Source: Prochlorococcus marinus subsp. pastoris str. CCMP1986
Lineage (GTDB): Bacteria > Cyanobacteriota > Cyanobacteriia > PCC-6307 > Cyanobiaceae
Assembly (NCBI RefSeq): GCF_000011465.1
Contig: NC_005072.1
Span: 1,560,001 to 1,592,000, forward strand
Length of the DNA stretch: 32,000 nt
Direction: 5' to 3'
The notes under the pieces are model-generated. The model did no database searches, had not been told where the DNA came from, and worked only from the letters and a program-made list of their open reading frames with translations. Positions 1 through 10,281 of the stretch are shown piece by piece. Within the stretch, counting starts at the first letter, position 1; each line of letters starts with the position of its first letter. The position numbers and the translations under genes were made by a program.

Positions 1-155
1 ATTTCTTTTTTTGACTTACTAATTTTCCTTGAAATAAAAAAGCCATATAAAAAAGAACCTATAATAGAAATAACAAAATTATTTTTAAAATAAAATCTTA
101 GGAATGTAGCGCAATAGGCAGTTAATAAAAAAGTTAATAAATATTTTTTATTCAA
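1..155 (-). CDS. crcB: Second CrcB/Fluc-like fluoride channel protein, N-terminal part only (runs off the left edge)
   Basis: Not in the ORF track. Minus-strand translation from a TTG at 155 gives (M)NKKYLLTFLLTAYCATFLRFYFKNNFVISIIGSFLYGFFISRKISKSKKE, resembling the CrcB N-terminus (GxxxRy...N/S..GSFLxGF). It overlaps the upstream crcB stop by TTGA. Confidence 0.7.
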   Translation of the reverse strand, partial: MNKKYLLTFLLTAYCATFLRFYFKNNFVISIIGSFLYGFFISRKISKSKKE

Positions 156-523
156 TTTATAAAGGTTAAAGTAATAAAATATCCTAAACAAAAAAATAAA
201 AAAGATAATAATATAACTTCAGCATAATAAATCAATAGGATTAAATATTTTTTTTCTCGAATCAAATTAAATAACTGATATATGAAAGATGAAAATGTAC
301 TGAAACATCCTAAAAAACCAACAAAAATAAATAGTATTAAATTCTTATTTGTTATATTCAAACCTTCGAAAATACCTAAAAATAAAGAGGCTAAAACATT
401 TACTATTAAAATATTATTAGAATAAAATATTTTCTTTTTTCCAGAAATATATTTTATAAACATTCTTACAATCAACCCGAAGGTACTTCCTACTAAAATA
501 TAAATAAAACCATCTAGTTCCAA
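152..523 (-). CDS. crcB: CrcB/Fluc-type fluoride ion transporter
   Basis: 123 aa, strongly hydrophobic, with GFLGCFSTFSSF motif, early Arg (GLIVRM) and NVLASLFLG. The start is TTG at 523; an in-frame TAG lies two codons upstream. Confidence 0.85.
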   Translation of the reverse strand: MELDGFIYILVGSTFGLIVRMFIKYISGKKKIFYSNNILIVNVLASLFLGIFEGLNITNKNLILFIFVGFLGCFSTFSSFIYQLFNLIREKKYLILLIYYAEVILLSFLFFCLGYFITLTFIN

Positions 524-526
524 GAT

Positions 527-856
527 CTATATTTTAATCCAACCCCTTTTAGTTCTATTAGGATGTTCAATAAATTGATTTGTTAGCAATTCTACTCGTG
601 CCCAAGTATCATTTTCTTTGACTACCCATTTTTGTAAAACTGATAATGAAGAACCGGTATCAAGAACCAACAATTTTTTAGCGTTAATTTTTGGAAAAGT
701 ATAAAGTGAACAATTTGAATTTAATATGATTTCTTTGGAATTATTAAGAGTATTATATTTGTTTAAATCCCTTTGTATTCCTCCTGCAGGTAATGTAATT
801 GGGCCAATCAGAGCGAATCCGATTAAACAAATATTTTTTATCACATTTTTTATCAT
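527..856 (-). CDS. Small secreted/lipid-exposed SH3-like domain protein (hypothetical)
   Basis: 109 aa with N-terminal hydrophobic signal-like segment followed by VLDTGSSLSVLQKWVVKENDTWARVEL...RGWI, typical of bacterial SH3-like folds. ATGA overlap with the gyrB stop. Confidence 0.5.
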   Translation of the reverse strand: MIKNVIKNICLIGFALIGPITLPAGGIQRDLNKYNTLNNSKEIILNSNCSLYTFPKINAKKLLVLDTGSSLSVLQKWVVKENDTWARVELLTNQFIEHPNRTKRGWIKI

Positions 857-2820
857 ATATCTAATGTCGCCATATCTAAATTGGCACTATGAGTTTCAAT
901 AAACTCTCTTCTTGGTGCCACTTTATCTCCCATCAAAATATTGAAAATTCTATCTGCTTCTAGAGCATCTTCAATTTCTACTCTTTTCATCATTCGTGTC
1001 TGAGGATTCATTGTTGTATCCCATAATTGTTTAGGCATCATTTCACCTAAACCTTTAAATCTTTGAATATTATAGTTAGCTTTTTCTCCAAAATCTTCTA
1101 TAGTTTGCTTCAATTGATTTTCGTTATAGCAATATTTATGATTTTTTCCTCTTTCAACTTTGTATAAAGGGGGACAAGCAATGTATATAAAACCTTTTTC
1201 AACGAGATCCCTTTGATATCTATAAAAAAAAGTTAATAGTAATGTTCTAATATGTGCCCCATCTACGTCTGCATCAGTCATAATTACAACCCTATGATAC
1301 CTAAGAGAATTTACATTAAACTCTTCACCCTTTATACCCAATCCCAAAGCAGTGATTAGTGATTGAATTTCTGTATTTTTATATATTTTTGCATCATCTG
1401 TTTTTTCAATATTTAATATTTTTCCTCTCAAAGGTAAAATCGCCTGAAATCTCCTATCTCTTCCTTGTTTAGCTGAACCTCCAGCGGAATCACCCTCAAC
1501 TATATAAATCTCTGCACCTGAGGGATCTCTTGAACTGCAATCTGCCAATTTGCCAGGCAAAGTTGAACTCTCAAGAACACTTTTTCTCCTTACTAAATCC
1601 CTCGCTCGTTTAGCTGCTTCTGCCGCATTAAAAGATTGAATTGCTTTTTCTAGAATTAAATCAAAAACATTAGGATTAAATTCCATATACTTTATTAATG
1701 ATTCTCCTATGAGCGAATCAACAATCCCTCTCACTTCAGTATTTCCCAATTTTGTCTTTGTTTGACCTTCAAATTCCGGTTCTGGAACTTTTACAGATAA
1801 TACGACTGTCAAACCTTCTCTAATATTTTCTCCTGACAAATTTTTATCAACTTCTTTTCTTTTACCTCTTTTTTTCGCGATAGCATTAAAAGTTCTAGTC
1901 AATACAGTTTTTAAGCCATCTATATGCGTGCCGCCATCTATCGTTCTGATATTATTTGCAAATCCCAATATATTATCTGAATAAACATCCGAGCACCATT
2001 GCAAAGCTGCTTCCACGTAAACATTATCTTTTTGTGAATCGACATAAATAACCTCAGAATGAATAGATTCCTTTTCTTTATTTATGTACTCAACATATTC
2101 TTTAATACCGCCATCATATAAGTAAATTTCTTCTTTGAAAGAACCATCCGATAAATTTTGCCTCTCATCTCTAAATATAATTTTGACGCCGCCATTGAGA
2201 TAAGCCAATTCTCTTAATCTTGAGGATAAAAGAGCATAATCAAATTTAATACCATCAGTAAATATCGATGTATCTGGCTTAAAACAAATTGTTGTACCTT
2301 TTCTAAATGGTTTTTTTTGTTGTTTTTGGGATTTTAATTCACCTTTTGCAATTCCTTTCTCAAATCTTTGATTAAATTCATAACCATCTCTTGAAACAGT
2401 AACATGCACCCACTCACTTAGAGCGTTAACAACAGAGATTCCGACACCATGTAATCCACCAGAAACCTTATATCCACCACTTCCAAATTTTCCCCCTGCA
2501 TGAAGAACAGTAAGAACAGTTTCCAGAGCACTTTTACCTGTCCTTGGATGTATATCTGTGGGAATACCCCTGCCATTATCTGAGATCAAAGCTGATCCAT
2601 CTTCTTTAAGAACTATCTCAATATGATCACAATGACCTGCTAAGGCTTCATCTACAGAATTATCTACGACTTCATATACAAGATGATGAAGCCCTCTTGG
2701 ACCAGTAGAACCAATATACATTCCTGGTCGTTTACGAACAGGTTCTAATCCCTCTAAAACCTGTATCTGATCAGCACCATAGTCATTGGAGATTTTATTA
2801 GATCTTTTTTCCTCACTCAT
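853..2820 (-). CDS. gyrB: DNA gyrase subunit B
   Basis: 655 aa; motifs GLEPVRKRPGMYIGSTGPRGLHHLVYEVVDNSVDEA, GGLHGVGISVVNALS, EGDSAGGSAKQGRDRRFQAILPLRGKILNIEK, IMTDADVDGAHIRTLLLTFFYR. Confidence 0.98.
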   Translation of the reverse strand: MSEEKRSNKISNDYGADQIQVLEGLEPVRKRPGMYIGSTGPRGLHHLVYEVVDNSVDEALAGHCDHIEIVLKEDGSALISDNGRGIPTDIHPRTGKSALETVLTVLHAGGKFGSGGYKVSGGLHGVGISVVNALSEWVHVTVSRDGYEFNQRFEKGIAKGELKSQKQQKKPFRKGTTICFKPDTSIFTDGIKFDYALLSSRLRELAYLNGGVKIIFRDERQNLSDGSFKEEIYLYDGGIKEYVEYINKEKESIHSEVIYVDSQKDNVYVEAALQWCSDVYSDNILGFANNIRTIDGGTHIDGLKTVLTRTFNAIAKKRGKRKEVDKNLSGENIREGLTVVLSVKVPEPEFEGQTKTKLGNTEVRGIVDSLIGESLIKYMEFNPNVFDLILEKAIQSFNAAEAAKRARDLVRRKSVLESSTLPGKLADCSSRDPSGAEIYIVEGDSAGGSAKQGRDRRFQAILPLRGKILNIEKTDDAKIYKNTEIQSLITALGLGIKGEEFNVNSLRYHRVVIMTDADVDGAHIRTLLLTFFYRYQRDLVEKGFIYIACPPLYKVERGKNHKYCYNENQLKQTIEDFGEKANYNIQRFKGLGEMMPKQLWDTTMNPQTRMMKRVEIEDALEADRIFNILMGDKVAPRREFIETHSANLDMATLDI

Positions 2821-2972
2821 TTAATATAAAAAATAAAATAAAACTTTTAAAATGTTATTTTTAAAAGGTGTTTCATTAAATTTACCATCGGGATAAGAGA
2901 AAGGCTTGAAGTAAATGCAAAATTTAATCACTTTAATCATATGAATGGAATATTTATTCCAAAAAATCACAT

Positions 2973-3872
2973 ATGTTCCAACCAAAACCATTAGTAATAG
3001 TTTTAATCGGACCTACAGCGAGTGGCAAAACTGAGCTAGGAATCGAAATTGCTAAATATTTTAATCTCAATATACATAATGTCGACTCAAGACAACTTTA
3101 TCGATTTATGGACATAGGTACAGCAAAGCCAACTAAAGAACAACAAAAAACAATAAAGCATTTTTTAATAGATCTTGAAGAACCCTCTAGCCAAGTAAAT
3201 GCAAAACAATTTCAAGAAATTGCTACCAAATCAATAAATCGAGAACTAAATCAAAACAGAATTCCTTTTCTAATAGGCGGGAGCGGGCTATATATGAATT
3301 CAATAATAAAGGGTTTCTTTGCTCCGAATGTGCCCCCTCAAAAAGTTTTAAGATCACAATTCGAAAAACTAGGGCAAGAAAAATGTTGGGAACTTTTAAA
3401 AATTTGTGATCCTGTCTTAACAAAAAAAATCAATTACGCTGATCAAGTTAGAACGATAAGAGCTTTAGAAGTCTTTTATGTAACGGGCAAACCAATATCC
3501 TCTCAAAAATTCCAGAACCCTCCCCCATGGAAAATATTAGAATTAGGTCTATACAGAGAAGATTTAAAAGAACGTATTTTCAAAAGAACAAAAAATATGT
3601 TTGAATTTGGAATTATAGATGAGACCAAAAAGATTATTAATCAATATGGATCAAATTTACCTTTACTAGAAACGATTGGATATAGAGAAGCCAAGGATGT
3701 AATAAAGGAAAATTTAAAACTTGAAAAAGCTATTGAAATAACTACAACAAAAACAATCCAATTTGCTAAGAGACAAAAAACATGGTTCCGTAATAAAAAC
3801 AATCCAATATGGCTTAATAACAAAAACCTACTAAAAGATGCAATAATCAATATAAAGCATGCATTACGCTAG
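2973..3872 (+). CDS. miaA: tRNA dimethylallyltransferase
   Basis: 299 aa; [17 protein letters not shown]-loop, [31 protein letters not shown]. Confidence 0.96.
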   Translation: MFQPKPLVIVLIGPTASGKTELGIEIAKYFNLNIHNVDSRQLYRFMDIGTAKPTKEQQKTIKHFLIDLEEPSSQVNAKQFQEIATKSINRELNQNRIPFLIGGSGLYMNSIIKGFFAPNVPPQKVLRSQFEKLGQEKCWELLKICDPVLTKKINYADQVRTIRALEVFYVTGKPISSQKFQNPPPWKILELGLYREDLKERIFKRTKNMFEFGIIDETKKIINQYGSNLPLLETIGYREAKDVIKENLKLEKAIEITTTKTIQFAKRQKTWFRNKNNPIWLNNKNLLKDAIINIKHALR

Positions 3873-3923
3873 CTTTATAAAATAAGTAGATCTTTTCATC
3901 AAAACACCTTTTTAAAAAACTGA

Positions 3924-4496
3924 ATGCCACCACGTCCACGCTTTGATCGCCGCGCTCCTGTTAGAGAGCTCCCAAATATTAACGAAAGAATTAAATACCC
4001 TCAACTAAGAGTTGTTGATTCAGATGGTAAACAACTAGGAGTGATTGATAGAATAAAAGCGCTAGAAATTGCTCATCAAAGAGGACTTGACTTGGTTTTA
4101 GTAAGCGAGAAAGCTAATCCGCCTGTTTGTAGGATAATGGATTACGGAAAATATAAATTTGAACAGGAGAAAAAAGCAAAAGAAACAAAGAAAAAATCTC
4201 ACCAAACTGAAGTTAAAGAGGTGAAAATGAGATACAAAATTGATAAACATGATTATGACGTAAGAATAGGTCAAGCTGTGAGATTTTTAAAATCAGGCGA
4301 TAAAGTTAAATGTACAGTTTTTTTTAGAGGTAGAGAAATTCAGCACTCAAATTTAGCAGAAACACTCCTTTTAAAAATGGCTAATGATTTAGAAGAACAG
4401 TCAGAAGTTCAACAAAGACCAAAAAGGGAAGGTAGAAATATGATTATGTTTTTAAGTCCCAGAAAAACACCTTTAATAAAAAAAGAAGAAGGGTAA
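3924..4496 (+). CDS. infC: Translation initiation factor IF-3
   Basis: 190 aa; [68 protein letters not shown]. Confidence 0.98.
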   Translation: MPPRPRFDRRAPVRELPNINERIKYPQLRVVDSDGKQLGVIDRIKALEIAHQRGLDLVLVSEKANPPVCRIMDYGKYKFEQEKKAKETKKKSHQTEVKEVKMRYKIDKHDYDVRIGQAVRFLKSGDKVKCTVFFRGREIQHSNLAETLLLKMANDLEEQSEVQQRPKREGRNMIMFLSPRKTPLIKKEEG

Positions 4497-4594
4497 ATCT
4501 AGGCAATTTACAATACTAAATTCATTCAAAAATTTTAATGGATGTTAAAATATCACTTAATATCATTAAAGAAATTAATTAGGTTTTTTCTAAA

Positions 4595-5566
4595 GTGAGA
4601 TTTCATATTCAACAAGAAATTGATATTCCTGCATCTACACAGTTATATAATCAAATTTGCTTTGCAATTGCAGCTAGATATTATCCTCCAGGTCATCGCT
4701 TGCCTAGTACTAGACAATTAGCTATGCAAACAGGATTGCATCGCAATACTATAAGTAAAGTTTATAGACAACTCGAAACGGATGGAGTGGTTGAAGCGAT
4801 AGCAGGATCAGGGATTTATGTGAGAGATAATCTTAAAAAATCTTTTAATTCAAAAAACAATTTAAATACAACTCCTGCTCTAGAGACAAAAAAAGCAGTT
4901 GACAAATTAATCAAACTTGGATGCACTCTTCAAGAAACAAGAAATCTGTTGACTAATGAAATTGATTGGCGCATTAAATGTGGATCAAGAATAATAGTTA
5001 GTACCCCTCGGGAAGATATAGGTGCCTCTATGTTAATTGCAGAAGACCTCTCTCCTAACATCAACGTACCAGTAGAAGTTATCCCTATGGAAGAATTAGA
5101 AAAAGTTCTTTGCAACTCCAATAATGGGACAATTGTCACAAGTAGATATTTTTTACAACCCTTAGAAAAATTAGCAAAACAATATAGGGTTAGAGCTATT
5201 GCTGTTGATTTGAGCGACTTTCAGAAAGAATTAAAAATAATCAAAGAATTAAAACCTGGTAGTTGTGTAGGTATTGTAAGCATCAGTCCTGGCCTATTAA
5301 GAGCTGCAGAAATCATCATACATAGCATGAGAGGAAGTGATATAGTAATCATGACTACCATCTCAGATAACAGTAATAGATTATTAGCCCTTTTAAAAGC
5401 TTCCAATCATATAGTTTGCGATGGACCTAGTTTATCTGTTATTGAAAATACTCTGCTAAAAAATCGTTCTCAGTTGATGAGAGTACCACAAATTATATGT
5501 GCAAAAAATTATTTAAGCATAAAAACTATAAATCATTTAAAAACTGAGATAGGAGTAATTAATTAA
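4595..5566 (+). CDS. GntR-family-like transcriptional regulator with uncharacterised C-terminal domain
   Basis: GTG start. N-terminal winged helix: TQLYNQICFAIAARYYPPGHRLPSTRQLAMQTGLHRNTISKVYRQLETDGVVEAIAGSGIYV. The C-terminal ~220 aa have no aminotransferase, FadR or UTRA motif that I recognise. Confidence 0.85.
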   Translation: MRFHIQQEIDIPASTQLYNQICFAIAARYYPPGHRLPSTRQLAMQTGLHRNTISKVYRQLETDGVVEAIAGSGIYVRDNLKKSFNSKNNLNTTPALETKKAVDKLIKLGCTLQETRNLLTNEIDWRIKCGSRIIVSTPREDIGASMLIAEDLSPNINVPVEVIPMEELEKVLCNSNNGTIVTSRYFLQPLEKLAKQYRVRAIAVDLSDFQKELKIIKELKPGSCVGIVSISPGLLRAAEIIIHSMRGSDIVIMTTISDNSNRLLALLKASNHIVCDGPSLSVIENTLLKNRSQLMRVPQIICAKNYLSIKTINHLKTEIGVIN

Positions 5567-5572
5567 TTCATC

Positions 5573-6307
5573 ATGCTAAGAACTTTCAAGTCAGATATTG
5601 AAATAATAAGAGAGAGAGATCCTGCAGCAAGAGGAATTTTAGAAATTTTTCTTTGCTATCCTGGTTTCCAATCAATTATCGTTCATAGGTTTACCCATAA
5701 ATTATGGTTATTAAAGTTACCCTTAATTCCGAGATTATTAAGTCATTTAAATAGATTATTAACAGGAATAGAAATACATCCAGGTGCCAAAATCGGGGAA
5801 AAAGTTTTTATAGATCATGGCATGGGTGTTGTCATCGGCGAAACAGCTGAAATTGGTAATAACTGCTTACTTTATCAAGGAGTTACATTAGGAGGAACTG
5901 GTAAAAGTCATGGCAAAAGGCATCCAACATTAATGGAGAATGTTGTAGTTGGGGCAGGAGCAAAAGTTCTAGGCTCAATAATAATTGGGCAAAATACTAG
6001 AATTGGTGCAGGTTCAGTCGTTGTTCGTAATGTCGAAGAAAATAGTACTGTTGTTGGAATACCAGGAAGAGTAGTTCATCAAAGTGGTGTAAAAGTTAAT
6101 CCCTTAGCACACTCTGCTTTACCAGACGCTGAAGCTAATGTAATCAAAAATTTAATGGACAGAATAGATCAGCTTGAAAACCAAATCCTTCAACTACAAA
6201 ATACCCTTCAATGTTTGGTAAATTCAGAATCTAATGATATTTCTAAAATTGGCAATGCACAAAATCTAAAAGACAAAGAAATAATAGAATTCTTAGGAGA
6301 TAACTAA
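5573..6307 (+). CDS. cysE: Serine O-acetyltransferase
   Basis: 244 aa with left-handed beta-helix hexapeptides: GIEIHPGAKIGEKVFIDHGMGVVIGETAEIGNNCLLYQGVTLGGTGKSHGKRHPTL. Confidence 0.95.
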   Translation: MLRTFKSDIEIIRERDPAARGILEIFLCYPGFQSIIVHRFTHKLWLLKLPLIPRLLSHLNRLLTGIEIHPGAKIGEKVFIDHGMGVVIGETAEIGNNCLLYQGVTLGGTGKSHGKRHPTLMENVVVGAGAKVLGSIIIGQNTRIGAGSVVVRNVEENSTVVGIPGRVVHQSGVKVNPLAHSALPDAEANVIKNLMDRIDQLENQILQLQNTLQCLVNSESNDISKIGNAQNLKDKEIIEFLGDN

Positions 6308-6314
6308 TTGCGAA

Positions 6315-9146
6315 TTAATTATTAGTTACTTTTTCACTTTTAGGTTGAAACATAAACATTGAATAAATAACATTTCTTCTCATATTAGTCATCATTTCAA
6401 GAAACATATCATAACCTTCATTTTTATATTCAATCAAGGGGTCCTTTTGACCATAACCTCTTAATCCTACAGATTCTCTTAAAGAATCCATCGATTGAAG
6501 ATGTTCTCTCCATAAATTATCAATTTGTTGAAGTATAAAAAACCTTTCAGCTTCCCTCATTAAACCTGGACGAAATTTCTCTATTTGAGCCTCCTTCAAA
6601 TCATATGCAATACGTAATTGCTCTTGAAGATAATTTTTTAATTCTTCAATAGATAAGACACTAACATCTTCTGATTTAAGATCATTTAATAAATAAATGA
6701 ATTCTTTTACTTTAGAAATCAATTGATCTATGTCCCATTCTTCTGGAGGTAAATCAGGATTGATATAAGCTTCTACAATTTCTTCCATTGTTCTTTCTCC
6801 ATACCCTATGACTTGTTTCTTCAAATCATTCCCTTTTAGAACTCTTAATCTCTCATTATAAACCGCTTTTCTTTGATTATTCATTACCTCATCATATTCA
6901 AAAACTTGTTTTCTGATGTCATAATAATAAGTCTCGACTTTCTTCTGTGCACTTTCTAAAGATCTAGTAAGCATTCCTGACTCAATAGGCATATCTTCAT
7001 CTACCCTAAAAGCGTTCATTAGGTTTGCTACCCTATCTCCTCCAAATATCCTTAATAGATTATCTTCCAAAGATAAAAAGAATCTGGTACTTCCAAGATC
7101 TCCTTGTCTACCTGCTCTTCCTCTAAGTTGATTATCAACTCTTCTTGACTCATGCCTTTCAGTTCCTATGACATGAAGACCTCCAGCATTCCTAACATTT
7201 TCTTCTTCATGAATTAATACCTTTTCATATTCATTTTTCACCTCTGATAAAGATTCTCTCAAAGATTGTATTAGTTTATCTTCAGTTGGAGCTTTTTCAG
7301 CAGCAGTAGCTATTTTATCGTCTAATTCCAGAATAGTTAAGCTTCTATCTCCCCAATTTTTTACAAGTTCATTGGATAATAAAGATAGTTTTCTTTTAAT
7401 ATCTTCGCCTAACTGACATGGGAAAAGACTGTCTACACCGCTTTTAGTATTTTTATTTGCAATTGAGTCAACATTTGCAGAAAATCCTCCCCCAGATTTT
7501 GAATTTCTTTGTTGAGGTATTGGCGGTTTATGCTCATTATCTGGCTTAACTAGTAAGGGCATTAAAGTCTCTTTTAATTTTAGCCTTGCCATATAGTCGC
7601 TATTACCACCAAGAATAATATCAGTTCCTCTTCCCGCCATATTTGTTGCGATAGTGACGGCACCAGATCTTCCAGCCTGAGCTACGATTTCTGCCTCGCG
7701 TTCTACATTCTCTGGTTTTGCATTTAGCAAATTATGTGGGATTTGCTGCTCGAAAAGAAGTGAACTTAATAACTCACTTTTTTCGACACTTGTTGTACCT
7801 ACTAAAACAGGTCTACCGTTCCTATGTATTTCTGCTGTCTCATTAGCAACTGCTTTCCATTTTCCAAGCTCTGTTTTAAAAACTTGATCAGCCCAATCTT
7901 GTCTTTTTCTTATCTGATTAGTTGGAACAACTGTTGACTCTAATTTATAAGTTTTTTCAAATTCTACCTCTTCGGTCTTTGCAGTTCCTGTCATACCAGC
8001 TAATCCTGGATATAAAAGGAAAAAGTTCTGATACGTTATAGATGCTAATGTTTGGGTCTCAGGTTGAATTTTAAGACCTTCTTTTGCTTCGATTGCCTGA
8101 TGTTGTCCATCACTCCATCTTCTTCCAGGCATAACCCTTCCAGTAAATTCATCAACTATTACTGCTTCATCTTTTTTAATGATGTAATTTACATCTTTAA
8201 CGAATAATTCTTTAGCTTTTAATGCATTAGTAATGTAATGAGCCCAAGGATCTTTAGGATCGTATAAATCATTAACCTTCAAGGCCTCTTCACATTTAGC
8301 AAATCCTTGATCAGTTAATATACAACTACGTTGTTTTTCATCAACTTCATAATCACCCTCTGGATCAATTCCATCTTTACTCAACTCTTTCGCCTTAATT
8401 AGAGACAATGATAATTCTGCCGCTTTTTGATATTTTTCTTGTGGCCTTTCTATTTGACCAGAAATTATTAGAGGAGTTCTTGCTTCATCAATTAAAATTG
8501 AATCTACTTCATCTATAACGCAATAATTAAATTTTCTTTGAACTACTTCTTCGATTTCAGTAGCCATGTTATCTCTCAAATAATCAAAACCTAATTCAGA
8601 ATTAGTGGCATAGGTTATGTCACATGCATAGTTTTTTTTTCTTTCAGCAGGACTCATATCTTGCTGAATTAGACCAACTGATAAGCCCAAAAAACGATGC
8701 ACTTGTCCCATCCACTCAGCATCTCTTCGAGCTAAGTAGTCGTTCACGGTAACAACATGTACACCTTTACCAGTTAAAGCATTGAGATAACATGGTAGCG
8801 TTGCAACGAGAGTTTTACCTTCTCCAGTTTTCATCTCAGCAATTTGTCCTTCATGGAGAACCATCCCACCAATTAATTGCACATCAAAATGACGCATTTC
8901 TAAAACTCTTTTACTTGCTTCTCTGACGATTGCAAAAGCTTTTGGTAACGTTTCTTCTAATAGTTCCTTTTGTTTTTTAATATTTAACTCTGATGAAATA
9001 TTTGATTTAAGATTATGAGTTTCATTCCGCAATTCATCATCAGTTAATATGGATACGTCTTCTTCTAATAAGTTTATTTCTTCAACCATTGGTTGATATC
9101 TCTTTAACTTTCGTGTATTCGGGTCTCCCAACAAAAGTTTGAGCAT
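6315..9146 (-). CDS. secA: Preprotein translocase subunit SecA
   Basis: 943 aa; [95 protein letters not shown]. Confidence 0.98.
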   Translation of the reverse strand: MLKLLLGDPNTRKLKRYQPMVEEINLLEEDVSILTDDELRNETHNLKSNISSELNIKKQKELLEETLPKAFAIVREASKRVLEMRHFDVQLIGGMVLHEGQIAEMKTGEGKTLVATLPCYLNALTGKGVHVVTVNDYLARRDAEWMGQVHRFLGLSVGLIQQDMSPAERKKNYACDITYATNSELGFDYLRDNMATEIEEVVQRKFNYCVIDEVDSILIDEARTPLIISGQIERPQEKYQKAAELSLSLIKAKELSKDGIDPEGDYEVDEKQRSCILTDQGFAKCEEALKVNDLYDPKDPWAHYITNALKAKELFVKDVNYIIKKDEAVIVDEFTGRVMPGRRWSDGQHQAIEAKEGLKIQPETQTLASITYQNFFLLYPGLAGMTGTAKTEEVEFEKTYKLESTVVPTNQIRKRQDWADQVFKTELGKWKAVANETAEIHRNGRPVLVGTTSVEKSELLSSLLFEQQIPHNLLNAKPENVEREAEIVAQAGRSGAVTIATNMAGRGTDIILGGNSDYMARLKLKETLMPLLVKPDNEHKPPIPQQRNSKSGGGFSANVDSIANKNTKSGVDSLFPCQLGEDIKRKLSLLSNELVKNWGDRSLTILELDDKIATAAEKAPTEDKLIQSLRESLSEVKNEYEKVLIHEEENVRNAGGLHVIGTERHESRRVDNQLRGRAGRQGDLGSTRFFLSLEDNLLRIFGGDRVANLMNAFRVDEDMPIESGMLTRSLESAQKKVETYYYDIRKQVFEYDEVMNNQRKAVYNERLRVLKGNDLKKQVIGYGERTMEEIVEAYINPDLPPEEWDIDQLISKVKEFIYLLNDLKSEDVSVLSIEELKNYLQEQLRIAYDLKEAQIEKFRPGLMREAERFFILQQIDNLWREHLQSMDSLRESVGLRGYGQKDPLIEYKNEGYDMFLEMMTNMRRNVIYSMFMFQPKSEKVTNN

Positions 9147-9323
9147 AATTGTTTTTCCTCTAAAAAATTTATCCTATTACAATCATTATAAATTAGTGCG
9201 TTACAACTAAAAGAGCAAATCCTATATCTCTTTATTTTTTTAAAAAGAAATCGATTAAGGTGTAAATCAAAGTTACCAACGAAGTTATTACATTTCTCTC
9301 AAAATTCTAGAATTTCCAAACTT

Positions 9324-9779
9324 ATGAAACCAGTATTTTTAATTAAACATTCACAAGGTGCTCTTGGATTAAGATTATTTGGATTAGGTCCTAATCTCAA
9401 ACCCACGAAAGGATTATTTAAACTTCAACAATTTCTTCATCGTAATGCATTTTGGGCTAAGGATAGAACAATTAAAGACCTCAAAAAATGTCTTGCTAAT
9501 AGCGATGTTGTTGTAAGTATTTGGTCTAATAATGAACCAGTTGGTTTTGGAAGAGCCTTGTCAGATGGTATTTATAGAGGCGTTTTATGGGATATAGTAA
9601 TTGATCAAGATCATCAAGGGAAAGGTTACGGCAAGATGATTGTGAAAAATCTTTTAGAATCAAATAAAATAAAACATACCAAGAAAATATATTTAATGAC
9701 TACGAGCAAAAAAATGTTTTATTCGCAAGTTGATTTCAAAGAAGTTACTTCACAAAATCTTTTAGTACACGAAATGTAA
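9324..9779 (+). CDS. GNAT-family N-acetyltransferase
   Basis: 151 aa; acetyl-CoA binding motif VIDQDHQGKGYGKMIVKNLL. Confidence 0.85.
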   Translation: MKPVFLIKHSQGALGLRLFGLGPNLKPTKGLFKLQQFLHRNAFWAKDRTIKDLKKCLANSDVVVSIWSNNEPVGFGRALSDGIYRGVLWDIVIDQDHQGKGYGKMIVKNLLESNKIKHTKKIYLMTTSKKMFYSQVDFKEVTSQNLLVHEM

Positions 9780-9780
9780 A

Positions 9781-10281
9781 TTACTTCTTAAATAAAAAAT
9801 ATTTCGAACCTAAATAATTATTTAAGGCGCCAATAAATGCTCCTATCAACCAAGCAATCTTATAATTATCAATTAATCGACTCAAAAAAATAATTACTAG
9901 AGACATTTCTAAACCTCCTAAAAAATAAATTAAACAAAAAATAAAAAAAGATTTAATTATTTTTTTTTGTGAATTATCTCTAAAAACCCAAATCTTTGCA
10001 AAAACAAATGATGATAAAAGTCCTGTCGAGTAACCCAATAAGGAAGCAAATATTATATTTTTAAAAATTAAATAAAATGAATTAAATACTAAGAAATTTA
10101 TAAATGTTGCAATTAAACCCGAGATAAAAAATCTTAATATTTGATATTTATTTGCTTGAGAAATACTATTCAAAATTTTTAAAATTTTACTAACCTCTTT
10201 GATCTTTAAGATATAAATCTTGCATAAAGCCACCTTATAAATGGACCCAAAATAGGAACGGGCCCAAAAGTAGGACCACAA
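9781..10281 (-). CDS. GtrA-like family membrane protein (start probably downstream of the ORF call)
   Basis: LRFFISGLIATFINFLVFNSFYLIF...FVFAKIWVFRD...NNYLGSKYFLFKK is typical of GtrA-like four-TM proteins. The called start lies inside the neighbouring ORF; a TTG at 10173 is one alternative. Confidence 0.75.
   Translation of the reverse strand: MWSYFWARSYFGSIYKVALCKIYILKIKEVSKILKILNSISQANKYQILRFFISGLIATFINFLVFNSFYLIFKNIIFASLLGYSTGLLSSFVFAKIWVFRDNSQKKIIKSFFIFCLIYFLGGLEMSLVIIFLSRLIDNYKIAWLIGAFIGALNNYLGSKYFLFKK

Noticed and set aside
1-2820. Fluoride riboswitch controlling crcB
   Set aside because: The crcB genes sit 3 bp or less from upstream coding sequence, leaving no leader for a riboswitch. 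I did not see a candidate in the 2821-2972 region but could not run a covariance-model search there.
3223-3850. Two minus-strand ORFs (66 and 69 aa) antisense to miaA
   Set aside because: They lie wholly inside a clear miaA reading frame, have no recognisable domains and look like shadow ORFs.
4930-5406. Minus-strand ORFs (69 and 61 aa) antisense to the GntR-type gene
   Set aside because: They fully overlap a well supported coding sequence and show no domain signature.
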